Below, in pieces: positions 48,386-58,280 of a stretch of 64,000 nucleotides of DNA. The notes beneath the pieces are model-generated. The model saw only the letters and a program-made list of their open reading frames with translations. It did no database searches and was not told the DNA's origin. The stretch covers positions 96,001 to 160,000 of the forward strand of contig CAXXET010000007.1 in NCBI GenBank assembly GCA_963666115.2, given 5' to 3'. Positions within the stretch are counted from its first letter, which is position 1. Each line of letters starts with the position of its first letter. This DNA is from Dehalococcoidia bacterium. Lineage in GTDB: Bacteria > Chloroflexota > Dehalococcoidia > UBA6926. The position numbers and the translations under genes are program-made.

Positions 48386-49198
48386 GTGCCTACGTTTGGC
48401 GACCTGGAACGCGCCCTGCCAAGCCTCTATGAATACAGGTGGTTCATAGCAGTTGGCGCCATAGTGATCGGCGCCGCATTCGCCTGGCTCGTCGTGAGCA
48501 AAGAGTGGCATAGGTATGTGTGGGAGCATCGTGTGCCGTTCGCGATTGGCGGCGCGCCGGTTGTCCTTGTCGGGCTATTCCTGGCCTGGTCACTGGCGTC
48601 GCCGCTCTTCATCAACGTCACCGTCGAGGAGGAGTTCCCGTTCGCCGCGCAGGCCATCGTGCCCGAGGGCATGGAACGCGAGGACGTTGAGAGCGCAATG
48701 GCGAGCATGGCAATGGTGGACGATCCCGTGATGGTGGAGGACATGCCGCCCGGTTCATCGATGACTGCATCGTCCATGGTGATGGCGGGCACACCGGTCA
48801 TGGCCGTCGAGGCCGAAATGATGTCCGATATGGAACAACAAAGCGCGCCGGTCGCGCTAAAGGCCGGCAGTTTCCGCGATGCGGACAGCTTCCACAGGGG
48901 CAGCGGCGATGCGACGATCTATTCCGCGCCCGGGGGCGGTCTCTTGCTGCGGCTTGAGGACCTGAACGTCACCAACGGACCGGCTCTGCACGTCATCCTT
49001 TCTCCCCATCCGGATCCGATGCGCCCGTCGGACGTCAAGCAGCCCGGCTACGTGGACCTTGGCCCGCTCAAGGGTAATCGCGGCGATCAGAATTACATGA
49101 TTCCCGCCGGCGTGGACGCTTCCGCAATGGGCAGCGTCGTTATCTACTGCAAGCCGTTCTCCGTCGTCTTCAGCGTGGCCTCATTGAACGACTCATAG
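48386..49198 (+). CDS. Membrane-anchored DM13-domain protein with a Met-rich linker
   Basis: Two TM helices, SPLFI..TV.E, GSF..ADSFH.GSG.A, NGP.LHV.L, DLG.LKGN.G.QNY.IP and VIYCKPF. Confidence 0.88.
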   Translation: MPTFGDLERALPSLYEYRWFIAVGAIVIGAAFAWLVVSKEWHRYVWEHRVPFAIGGAPVVLVGLFLAWSLASPLFINVTVEEEFPFAAQAIVPEGMEREDVESAMASMAMVDDPVMVEDMPPGSSMTASSMVMAGTPVMAVEAEMMSDMEQQSAPVALKAGSFRDADSFHRGSGDATIYSAPGGGLLLRLEDLNVTNGPALHVILSPHPDPMRPSDVKQPGYVDLGPLKGNRGDQNYMIPAGVDASAMGSVVIYCKPFSVVFSVASLNDS

Positions 49199-49312
49199 CC
49201 CCTGGCCTCGACCAGGATTCTCTCCCTCTCTTGCATCGTCGTTAGGTTGCGATGCACATTAAAGGCGTCTTGCCCTTCGCGCCCGGAACCTCACGGGGAG
49301 GAACAAACCGAT

Positions 49313-51529
49313 ATGACGGAACGACTCGCCCGACTCAGCGCCCGCAGGCCCATCGTGACCATCCTCCTGTGGGTGGCGGTTGCCCTCCTTGGCGGAGCGC
49401 TCATCGCGCAGCTCCTGGACAGCGCATTGACGACGGAACTCAAGCTCGGCAGCGGATTTGAGTCCCAACGGGCGGAGCAGCTGCTCGAGGATCGGATGCG
49501 CGGGCCGAAACCGATCACGGAGATGGTCATCGTCCAGTCCGAAAGCCTCACCGTTGATGATCCCGCATTCCAGTCCCGCGTCACGTCGCTAACCGGACAG
49601 ATCCAGGAATTGGGCGATGACGTCATTGACGAGGTCCTGAACTTCTACGCGCTAAGCCAACAGAACCCCCTGCAGGCCGCTGTCCTCGTGTCTCAGGATC
49701 GCCGCACCACTTTGGTTCCTGTGATCATGACGGGCGACCTGCAGGAGGCGGAAGACAACGTCCATTATCTCCTTGACCTTGCGAAAGAAGAGAACGGCAA
49801 GGACGGATTCCGTGTCCTGACGGTCGGCGATGCTAGCATCTCCCTCGAACGCAACGAACTGTCCGAACAAGACCTGCAGCAGGGCGAACGAGTCGGTATT
49901 CCCGTCGCGCTGATTATCCTCGTGCTGCTCTTCGGCGCCGTCGTCGCCGCCCTTGTCCCCATTGGACTCTCGCTGATCTGTGTCATTGCAGCCTTGGGCC
50001 TCGCGGCGGTCATCGGACAGTTCTACGAGTTGGTCTTCTTTGTCCAGTTGATGATCATCATGATTGGCCTGGCCGTGGGCATCGACTACTCCCTCATCAT
50101 CATTTCGCGGTTCCGCGAAGAGTTGGAGAGAGGGCTGTCCGCCTTTGACGCGACGGTAAAGGCGGGTGAAACGGCGGGGCGGACCGTGTTGTTCAGCGGC
50201 GCAACCGTGGTCGTCGCCCTCTGCGGCATGTTCGTCGTCCCGTTCGGCTTCTTCCAGTCGCTCGCCATCGGCGCAATCCTCGTCGTCATCGTCGCCGTCG
50301 CCGCCAGCCTCACTCTCCTTCCGGCGGTCATTGCCCTCATGGGGCCCCGGGTCAACATGCTGTCCATCCCCAGGTTCGGGCGGTCTCAGCCGCGTGCGGA
50401 ACAGGAAAGCGGGGGCGGCTTCTGGGATCGAATCACCCACGTCGTCATGCGCAATCCCGTCCTAAGCATCGTGCTCGTCGGCGTTCCGATGGTCGTCGCC
50501 ACGTATTTCTATTTCGACATCGAGACCGGCCTGAACGGCGTGGACGTCTTCCCCGGAGAAGCGGAGACCCGCGAGGCGTTCTTCGTCATGGAGGAGAAGT
50601 TCTCATTCGGCCTGATCGACCCGACGGAGGTCGTCATTGACGGCGATCTCGCTGATCCAGGCGTCCAGGGCGCCGTGCAGCAGCTCCAGGCCGCGTTGCT
50701 GGCCGACCCCGCATTCCCGTTGCCCACGCTGCTCGAGCCGAACACCGCCAATGACCTGGGGCTCCTGCGCGTCGTCATTCCGGGCGAGCCTGCGAGCCAT
50801 TCCGCCGTCGATGCCGTGAATACCATCAGGGATACGCACATCCCCGCCGCGTTTGACGGCGTGGACGCGGAGGTGCTCGTTGGCGGCAATTCCGCTGTCG
50901 CGGCTGAGGTCTTTGACGTCGTTGCCCGCTACACCCCCATCGTCTTCGCCTTTGTGCTCGGTGTCAGCTTCCTGATCCTGATGGTGGTGTTCCGCTCGAT
51001 AGTGATCCCCATCAAGGCCGTCTTCATGAACCTGCTGTCCGTCGGCACGGCATACGGACTGCTCGTCCTGGTCTTCCAGAAGGGCTACGGCAGAGACCTG
51101 CTGGGATTCCAGGAGGCTGCCGTCATCGACGTTTGGATTCCCCTGTTCCTGTTCTCCATCCTGTTCGGCCTCTCGATGGACTACCACGTCTTCCTGCTGA
51201 GCCGTATCCGTGAGCGGTTCGACCAGACGGGCAACAACCTTGAAGCGGTGGCATTCGGACTGCGGGAGACCGCCGGCCTCATCACCGGCGCGGCCCTGAT
51301 CATGGTCGCCGTCTTTGGCGCATTCGCCTCCGGTCAAACGATCATCAACCAGCAGGTCGGCTTTGGCCTCGCGGTCGCCATCTTCCTCGACGCGACGCTG
51401 GTGCGTTCCGTCCTCGTGCCCGCGACCATGGAGCTGCTGGGAGCGCGCAACTGGTATCTGCCCGGCTGGCTAAGCTGGCTCCCGGACGTCCGCATCGAGC
51501 CTGCCGAAGAGCACGAGGCTCCCGCTTAA
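49313..51529 (+). CDS. MMPL-family (RND) transporter
   Basis: GLAVGIDYSL...RFREE, TAGRTVLFSG and FGLSMDYHVFLLSRIRE. Confidence 0.94.
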   Translation: MTERLARLSARRPIVTILLWVAVALLGGALIAQLLDSALTTELKLGSGFESQRAEQLLEDRMRGPKPITEMVIVQSESLTVDDPAFQSRVTSLTGQIQELGDDVIDEVLNFYALSQQNPLQAAVLVSQDRRTTLVPVIMTGDLQEAEDNVHYLLDLAKEENGKDGFRVLTVGDASISLERNELSEQDLQQGERVGIPVALIILVLLFGAVVAALVPIGLSLICVIAALGLAAVIGQFYELVFFVQLMIIMIGLAVGIDYSLIIISRFREELERGLSAFDATVKAGETAGRTVLFSGATVVVALCGMFVVPFGFFQSLAIGAILVVIVAVAASLTLLPAVIALMGPRVNMLSIPRFGRSQPRAEQESGGGFWDRITHVVMRNPVLSIVLVGVPMVVATYFYFDIETGLNGVDVFPGEAETREAFFVMEEKFSFGLIDPTEVVIDGDLADPGVQGAVQQLQAALLADPAFPLPTLLEPNTANDLGLLRVVIPGEPASHSAVDAVNTIRDTHIPAAFDGVDAEVLVGGNSAVAAEVFDVVARYTPIVFAFVLGVSFLILMVVFRSIVIPIKAVFMNLLSVGTAYGLLVLVFQKGYGRDLLGFQEAAVIDVWIPLFLFSILFGLSMDYHVFLLSRIRERFDQTGNNLEAVAFGLRETAGLITGAALIMVAVFGAFASGQTIINQQVGFGLAVAIFLDATLVRSVLVPATMELLGARNWYLPGWLSWLPDVRIEPAEEHEAPA

Positions 51530-51537
51530 AGAAGAAT

Positions 51538-51566
51538 GGCGGCGCTCCCACGTTGGGAGCGCCGCC
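51538..51566. terminator. Bidirectional terminator hairpin
   Basis: GGCGGCGCTCCCA/TGGGAGCGCCGCC between convergent genes, with a T-rich tail on the minus strand. Confidence 0.75.
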
Positions 51567-51589
51567 CGATTCCATCGAAACGTGGCCGT

Positions 51590-52768
51590 CTACCCTGTCG
51601 GCGCAGGCCCGAGCACGCGATACCCCTGGTTCTCCTCGGTGCGGTCGGCAACCGGTAGAATCTCGATCACGACGTTGGAGAGGCCCACAACCTCGCCGCG
51701 CGAGTCGAATGAGTAGTTGTTGCCGATCGTGCCGCTCCACGTAACCTCATAGAGGCAGTCGCGGAACGCGTCCGCGTCCTGGTCGTCCTCCGTCTCCTTC
51801 AGGCATTCCGCAGTGATGTACACGCTGTCATACGCGGAACCCAGGTACCACGGCAGCGTCACGTAGTTGTACCGCGCCCGGAAGGCCTGCAGAACGCTCT
51901 GTCCCTTGTCATTGGCAGGGTCAAGATCCGCGATCACCGCCTTCAGTCCCGTCGCCGCCTCGCCCGCAACCTCAAGCGACGTCGAGCCGATGGACACAAC
52001 CTCGCTGTAGATCGGCTTGTCAAACCCGATCTCGCGCGCCTGCTTGATGATTGAGCCTGCGCTGGCCTCCGCCTGCGCCGCCACCAGCAGCGCGTCCGGA
52101 TTCACCTCGCGCAGCAGGGTCAACTGCGTCCTGAAATCCAGTGTCTCCGTCTGGTAACGCTCCAGGCCGACGACCCGCCCGCCAAGAGCCTCAAACCGAT
52201 CGGAAACACCGCGCCGCACTCCCTCCGCATAGTCCGTCGACTCGGAGATCGTGGCCAGCGTCTGGATGCCGTCTGCCCACAGCAGGTTGCCCGTCTCGAT
52301 GCCCAGCTTCTCATCGCTGATCGCGGTGCGGAAGATATAGTCGCCCGCGTCCGCGATATCCGGGTTCGTCGCCGATGACGAGAACAGAACCACGCCATCC
52401 TCCTCGGCCAGGGGCGCCGCGCCCAGCATCGCGCCGCTGCAGGACGTGCCGAGAATGATCTTGATGTCATCCACGTCCGTCAGCTTGTTGTACGCCGTGA
52501 TTGCGTCCTGGGCGTTGCACTTGGAGTCCTCGGCAACCAGCTCGAGCGGCGTGCCGTTGATGCCGCCGTCCTCGTTGATCTCCTCCATCGCCAACTGCAT
52601 GGCCCGGTGGGAGAGGTTCCCGTACGTTTCGCCGGGGCCGGTAAGCGCCGCCATAACGCCGATGCGGTAGGTCTCCGGTTCATCGTCCCCGGTACAGCCC
52701 GCGGCAGCGCCGATGATCAGCATGCAGGACATAACGAGCAGAAGTGGCGCGATAATCGGGTGCTTCAT
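51590..52768 (-). CDS. Branched-chain amino-acid-type ABC solute-binding lipoprotein
   Basis: Lipobox AAGC, IGVMAALTG, INEDGGING, GTSCSG and YIFRT. Confidence 0.9.
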   Translation of the reverse strand: MKHPIIAPLLLVMSCMLIIGAAAGCTGDDEPETYRIGVMAALTGPGETYGNLSHRAMQLAMEEINEDGGINGTPLELVAEDSKCNAQDAITAYNKLTDVDDIKIILGTSCSGAMLGAAPLAEEDGVVLFSSSATNPDIADAGDYIFRTAISDEKLGIETGNLLWADGIQTLATISESTDYAEGVRRGVSDRFEALGGRVVGLERYQTETLDFRTQLTLLREVNPDALLVAAQAEASAGSIIKQAREIGFDKPIYSEVVSIGSTSLEVAGEAATGLKAVIADLDPANDKGQSVLQAFRARYNYVTLPWYLGSAYDSVYITAECLKETEDDQDADAFRDCLYEVTWSGTIGNNYSFDSRGEVVGLSNVVIEILPVADRTEENQGYRVLGPAPTG

Positions 52769-52805
52769 CTCTTCCTCCTTGCGTACCGGCGGCTCGTCTG
52801 AAACA

Positions 52806-52882
52806 TGGTGGGCGATAGAGGATTTGAACCTCTGACCTCAGCGATGTCAACGCTGCGCTCTAACCAACTGAGCTAACCGCCC
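52806..52882 (-). tRNA. tRNA-Val(GAC)
   Basis: GGGCGGTTAGCTCAG..., anticodon arm CAGCG-TTGACAT-CGCTG, GGTTCAAATCC and CCA. Confidence 0.96.
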
Positions 52883-52957
52883 ACGCCACCCGTATCATGC
52901 GCGTTGCCGCAACACTGTGCGGGTGAGATTCATTCTATGTATGCCGCGCCCCTCCGT

Positions 52958-53872
52958 CTACCGCTCCCCAGCCACGTACCCGCTCTCCTCAAACAGCGTA
53001 CGCACCGGCAACCCGATGATCGACGCCACCCGCGCCTCCGGGTGCGTCTCCAGGTAAGACCGCACGATGGCGTAGCCGATCGAATACCCTGCCCACACCG
53101 GCACGCGGTCGTCGTCCCCGTACAGGTAGCGGCGAATCTCCAGCGGATCGGTATCGTTCAACCGGCTCTCCACGTTGGGCCAGATGGCGCGTTCAACCTC
53201 CGGCGCGAGCGCCCCGACCCAGTGCGGCCGGTGTTCCGGCACGATGCCGCCCGCAAAGGCATCGGCAATCCCCTCGGTCACCATCGCGTCCAGCAGGGTG
53301 TCCGGCTCATTGTTCTTGACGTAGATCATGCGCCCGCCGGTGAGGCCGCGCGGGAACAGCCAATTGCGGACAAGATGGACGTATTCGTGCGCCGTGATAT
53401 ACGCCAGCGTCTCCGTCCAGTTGTGCGCGGGCCACACGAATACGAGCGTCACGCCGGAGCCGAGGCTGACGCCGTTCGCGTATTGCAGGGCCTGGGTCAA
53501 CCCGCGGCTCTCGCCGTCCCCCATGAGGATGACGACGCGCGCCATGAGGTCCGGTCGCGGCAGGGCCTGTGAGCACCGGTAGAGCGTGTCTTCCACGATG
53601 CCGCGCGGCCCGGCGGCGTCCGCGGCGTTCACCGCGCGGATGAACGCGTTGAGCTCAGGATCGCCCGTCTGCGTCATCGTCCAGTGCTCGCCGATGTCGA
53701 TGAACGACGGCTGCTCCCCGGCCAGCAGGCGCCGGACGTAGAGCCGCAGCCGCTGCTTGAACAATTCCAGCGGGGGCTGCCCAACCTGGCCGAGGGCCTG
53801 TTCCGCGAAGTGCCCCTCCAGGCGGTACGCGGGAACCACCGTCATCTGACGCGGTAGCCGCCTGCCTGTCAT
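52958..53872 (-). CDS. DUF2268-like Zn-dependent protease
   Basis: AHEYVHLVR, TLLD.MV.EG.AD.F and WAGYSIGY.IV. Confidence 0.82.
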   Translation of the reverse strand: MTGRRLPRQMTVVPAYRLEGHFAEQALGQVGQPPLELFKQRLRLYVRRLLAGEQPSFIDIGEHWTMTQTGDPELNAFIRAVNAADAAGPRGIVEDTLYRCSQALPRPDLMARVVILMGDGESRGLTQALQYANGVSLGSGVTLVFVWPAHNWTETLAYITAHEYVHLVRNWLFPRGLTGGRMIYVKNNEPDTLLDAMVTEGIADAFAGGIVPEHRPHWVGALAPEVERAIWPNVESRLNDTDPLEIRRYLYGDDDRVPVWAGYSIGYAIVRSYLETHPEARVASIIGLPVRTLFEESGYVAGER

Positions 53873-53918
53873 GGCGAGTTGCGCGCGGACGTGGCGAGCG
53901 GTCGCACGGGCAGCGGCT

Positions 53919-56139
53919 CTACCCGATTGCGCCGGACTCCTCGAGCCCCGCGTATTCCTCGTCGGACATCCCCAGGATGCCGGTCAGTACCTCCCGCGTG
54001 TGCAGGCCGGGCGTGGGCGCGCCCATGCGAACACTGCCCGGCGACTCGCTGAATTTGATCGTCATGCCCGGGTGCTCGACGGGGCCCGGCACGTTGTGAT
54101 TCACTTCAACGACATAGCCGCGAGAGCGAAGCTGTGGATCGAGGTACAGATCCTCGCCGGTGGCCGCCATGCCCGCCGCAACCCCGGCGCGTTGGCACGC
54201 GTACATGACCTGGTGCGCCGAGCGGGTTTGCGTCCACGCCGTGATCTCTTCATCCAGGGCGTCGTGGTTCAACTGCCGATCCGCGAACGTTGCGAAACGC
54301 GGGTCGTTGACGAGTTCAGGCCGCCCAATCACCTCCGCCAGCGCGTGCCATGACGCGTTGTCGTCGTCCGGGCATGAGATGGCGCACCACCGGTCGCCGC
54401 CCCCGCACTCATAGACGCCCTGTGGCGCGGCGTTCGGGTCGCGATTGCCCCATGCCTCCGCGGACTCCGCCCCGAACTGCGTCTCGAGGAACGCGAGGCC
54501 GATCATGCTAGCGGCGGCCTGGAACTGCGGAATCTCAATGTACTGCCCCTGCCCCGTGCGCTCGCGGAAATGCAGCGCCGCCATGATCGACAACGCAAGG
54601 TTGCCGGCGGTGATGAAGTCCGGGTAGGCGTTCCTGCCGCGCGCGGGCCATTGCGCGTCCGGCTGCGCCCACAAATAACCCAAGCCGGTGAACGAGGTCA
54701 GGCACTGGCCGACTGCTGTAAAATTTCGCATCGGCCCCATCGCGCCGTAGCCGGGGCAGCTCACCATGATCAGGCGCGGGTTGACCCGCTTGAGCGCGTC
54801 ATAGTTGATGCCGAATCGGTCGATCGCGCCCGGCGCGTTGTTCTCCACGACCACATCCGCCTCCGCCGCAAGCCGCCTGAACAACTCCTGCCCGTCCGGC
54901 GTATGCAGATCAATGGCGATAGACCGCTTGTTGCGGTTGTTCTCGCCATAGGCCGCGTTGGTGCTGCGCCATGCCGTCGGGTTGCGCTCGCGGTCGTGAA
55001 CCCGCCCGTCCGGGAACTTGGTCGATTCGACCTTGATGACGTCCGCGCCGTAGTCGGCGATGAATCGCGTGCCGAACGGCGCGGCCCACACCCGCTCGAA
55101 TGCGAGTATCCGCACGCCGTCCAGCGGTAGGCGGGATTCCCGCGCTCCGTTCGACGCGCCCACCGGAACCGCCTGGCGCTCGGCGGGCGCGGTCCCAAGA
55201 ATCTCATCCTGGTGCTGCCCCAGCAGGGGCGCGGGGCGGCGGACGCTCAGGGGGCTCGCGCCGAAACGCGCCGTCCCGCCCGGGATCTTGTATTTGCCCA
55301 GGACGGGATGCTCCATCGGCGAGAAGAAACCGTACACCTCCGCGTGCGGGTGCGCGGCGAAATCCGCCGGCGTATTCGCGGGCGCAACTGTGACGTGCCT
55401 CTCCACGCCGCCGCCCAGGTACTCCTCCGCTGTCATCGAACTGATGAAATCCTTGGCGATGGCCTGGATGCGGTCTGTCTTGTCGTCCCGCCCGCTTAGC
55501 TCGCGCATGGCGGGGTCGAGCAAAAACGGGTCGGCAACCCAATTGGCGAACTCAACCCACTGGCGCGGCGAGGTCAGCGCAAGCTGCACCCACACGCCGT
55601 CGGACGCCTGGAAATACTGGGTGGGGCCGGTGCCGCCCTTGCTGCCGCGCCGCCGAGTAAACGGAGCCGCTCAATGCGGTGACGGCTATATCCGCTCCAA
55701 CAAAGTCTCGGTACGGGCCTGTGCGACCAAAGGGCGTGATGGACGTGACGACAATGGCGGGATTGACGGCGGCGAGATCGTCGTAGCCGAGGCCGCGCGC
55801 CTCCATCTCGCCGGGATGCCCGGATTCGAGAACAACGTCCGCGTCCCTGACCAGTTCAAGAAAACGCGCCTTGTCCTCCGCCGAATCGAGATCGAGCGTG
55901 ACCCCGCGCTTGTTGGTGTTGAAATGGATGAAGAACAGGCTGTTGTCCGGCCCGGCCTCCCCGTGAGCGAACGGGGCCATGCGCCGCGACGGGCTGCCGG
56001 ACGGCGGCTCGACCAAAATCACGTCCGCGCCCAGGTCGGCGAGAATGCGCCCGCACGGCTGCCCCTGCGGCCCCGTGAGGTCAAGCACGGTCAGCCCGCT
56101 GAGCGCCCCAGTTTCGCCTGCGCTCGTCCCGTTCGTCAT
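53919..56139 (-). CDS. Double-domain CaiB/BaiF (family III) CoA transferase, disrupted near 55650
   Basis: Two CaiB starts (ALSGLTVLDL...LADLGADVI..E...NTNKR and PLDGVRIL...ADYGADVIKVE...NRNKRS). The first domain is frameshifted and appears to lack an internal segment. Confidence 0.85.
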
Positions 56140-56178
56140 GGCATCCTCACTTCAAAGCTTCACCGAAAGCTCACGCAC

Positions 56179-56207
56179 AGAATAGGAGCGCCCGCCCAAA
56201 GCGTCAA
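56179..56207 (-). promoter_or_regulatory. Sigma70-type promoter TTGACG-17-TATTCT
   Basis: Forward strand has CGTCAA at 56202-56207 and AGAATA at 56179-56184. Confidence 0.6.
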
Positions 56208-56215
56208 CGCAACGC

Positions 56216-56249
56216 GTGTCATTCTGAGCGCAGCGAAGAATCCAAAGCC
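56216..56249 (+). repeat. REP-like element, family B
   Basis: 34 bp identical to 40087-40120 (GTGTCATTCTGAGCGCAGCGAAGAATCCAAAGCC). Confidence 0.88.
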
Positions 56250-56300
56250 ACCAATTGCTCGCCAACTTTGCTTCCACAACCGACGCCTTAAACTGACATC

Positions 56301-57443
56301 ATGAGCAAAACAGTAATGCTCCTGACGACGGTCGCCCTTCTCCTAACCGCCTGCGCCAACGGCGCCGCCCAACCAACGTCACCACCCCCCACAGCCCTGC
56401 CGCCCCCAACCCCCGCCGCCCCCAACCAGGACATGGACGTCGTAACAGTCCTCGAAAAAGACGCCATCCCCGCCATCCGCTCGCCGGAGTTCGTGGACGT
56501 TGACGCCGCCGAGTCGTGGATGAACCCCGATGAGCCGATCATCAGCGTCGAAATCGACGGCGACGCCCGCGCCTATCCAACCGCCATGCTCAGCCGCCAC
56601 GAGATTGTGAACGACACCGTGGGAGGCGCGCCGATTGCGGTGACGTGGTGACCCCTCTGCTACACGGCCATCGTGTATGGCCGAGAGGTGGACGGGCAGT
56701 TGCTGACCTTCGGCGTCTCCGGCAAGCTCATCCTCAACAACCTCGTCATGTTCGACGACCAGACGGACTCCGAGTGGAGCCAGGCATACGGCGCGGCCAT
56801 CTCCGGCCCCCTAGAGGGCGCGGAACTCGAACTGGTCGCATCGCGGCTAATGTCATGGGAGGCGTGGAAAAGCCTCTACCCGGACACCCTCGTGCTTGAC
56901 AAGCGAGGCCTCTACCGCCGAGACAACTACGACACGTACTACACGAACCCGCAGGCCGGAATCCTGGGCCGGAGCATCAATGACCGGAGGCTCGGACTAA
57001 AAGACCTCGTCCTCGGCATAGAAATCGGCGAGGCACAACGCGCCTACCCCTACGACGCCCTGGCCGAAACGCCGATAGTGAACGACACTCTCGCCAACCA
57101 CGAAATCGTAGTAATCCACGAACCGGACGCAGGCTTCGCCGCAGCCTACAGCCGCCGCCTAAACGATGCCGCCCACGCAATAGCCCAAGGCCCCTTCGGC
57201 ATGAACGCCCCAAAAAACCTGACCTTTGAGCAGGCCAACGCGGCTCAGTTGGGGAACGACCCAACAGTCTCCAGCCCCGTAATGCGAGACCGCGAAACAG
57301 CCTCAATCTGGAGCGCCTACACAGGCAAAGCAATCTCCGGCCCGCTCGAAGGCGCAACCCTAACCCAAATCCCGACCACCCCATCATTCTGGTTCGCCTG
57401 GGCAGACCTATTCCCGGATACGGGGGTGTGGGGAGAGGAGTAG
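56301..57443 (+). CDS. DUF3179-family selenoprotein (lipoprotein), Sec at TGA 56649-56651
   Basis: Lipobox LTAC, DAIPAI..P, ARAYP...HEIVND, then VTW-TGA-PLCYTA continuing in frame into FGVSGKL...D.QT.S.WSQ and FWFAW. Confidence 0.9.
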
Positions 57444-57478
57444 GATAGACGCCCCCGCCACACACCCCACCCCGCCGC

Positions 57479-57503
57479 GTCATTCCCGCGAAAGCGGGAA
57501 TCT
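57479..57503 (+). repeat. REP-like palindrome, family A
   Basis: Identical to 8250-8274. Confidence 0.88.
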
Positions 57504-57541
57504 AGGACGCATTACGCCAACCGTGCCCGACTCCCAGCAGA

Positions 57542-58240
57542 CTACCCCCTTAGCCGCACAGTAGTCTGCGTACCTTCCCCTCCCACTTCAAATCTGTCAG
57601 GGGCTGATCTGATGAGTTGCGTCAACTGCTTATGACCATAGTCGCTGGGCGTAAAGCCTTCCCTAAGGCGGCGCAGCGTAGTACCAACATCGGCCATGCG
57701 CGCCCAGCCATTATCCTTCGCTGTCGCCTCGATTGCCTGCCTCGTAAGTTCAATCCATCCCATCGAGGAAGGTTCCTCTTTGCGAGTCTCAGCCTTTTCC
57801 CCTGGCGCCAAGGTCTCCGTCACGACAAAAATGTCACATGCGCTCTTGAAAGCATCGGGGGTGTTATCTCGCCCAATGCCCATTGCAAACAAGCCCTGCT
57901 GACGAATTCGAGTTGCTAATCGAGTGAAATCGCTGTCGCTTGAGACGATACAGAACCCTTGCACGGACCCTCCATGCAGGATGTCCATGGCGTCGACTAT
58001 CAGGGCAATATCCGTCGAGTTCTTTCCCTTGACGGTGTTGAATTGCTGTACAGGCTGGAGCGCATGAAGATTGAGGACATCCTTCCAACTCTTCATGGTG
58101 GACCCCGCCCAATCCCCATAGACCCGCCGCGTCGTGACAGCCCCATGCTTGGCAGCCTCGGCTAGGATCTCCTCAATGATCGACGCTTGAGCATTGTCCC
58201 CGTCAATCAACACGGCAATCCGTCGCGATTCAGTAGTCAT
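57542..58240 (-). CDS. NYN domain + OST-HTH/LOTUS protein
   Basis: AVLIDGDN, RVYGDW, GKNSTDIAL.VDAMD, SSDSDF and C-terminal F.PSDYG.K.L. Confidence 0.9.
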   Translation of the reverse strand: MTTESRRIAVLIDGDNAQASIIEEILAEAAKHGAVTTRRVYGDWAGSTMKSWKDVLNLHALQPVQQFNTVKGKNSTDIALIVDAMDILHGGSVQGFCIVSSDSDFTRLATRIRQQGLFAMGIGRDNTPDAFKSACDIFVVTETLAPGEKAETRKEEPSSMGWIELTRQAIEATAKDNGWARMADVGTTLRRLREGFTPSDYGHKQLTQLIRSAPDRFEVGGEGTQTTVRLRG

Positions 58241-58280
58241 GCACCAGATTCTAGCTGATGGCCAACCTCTCCGCGAACAA

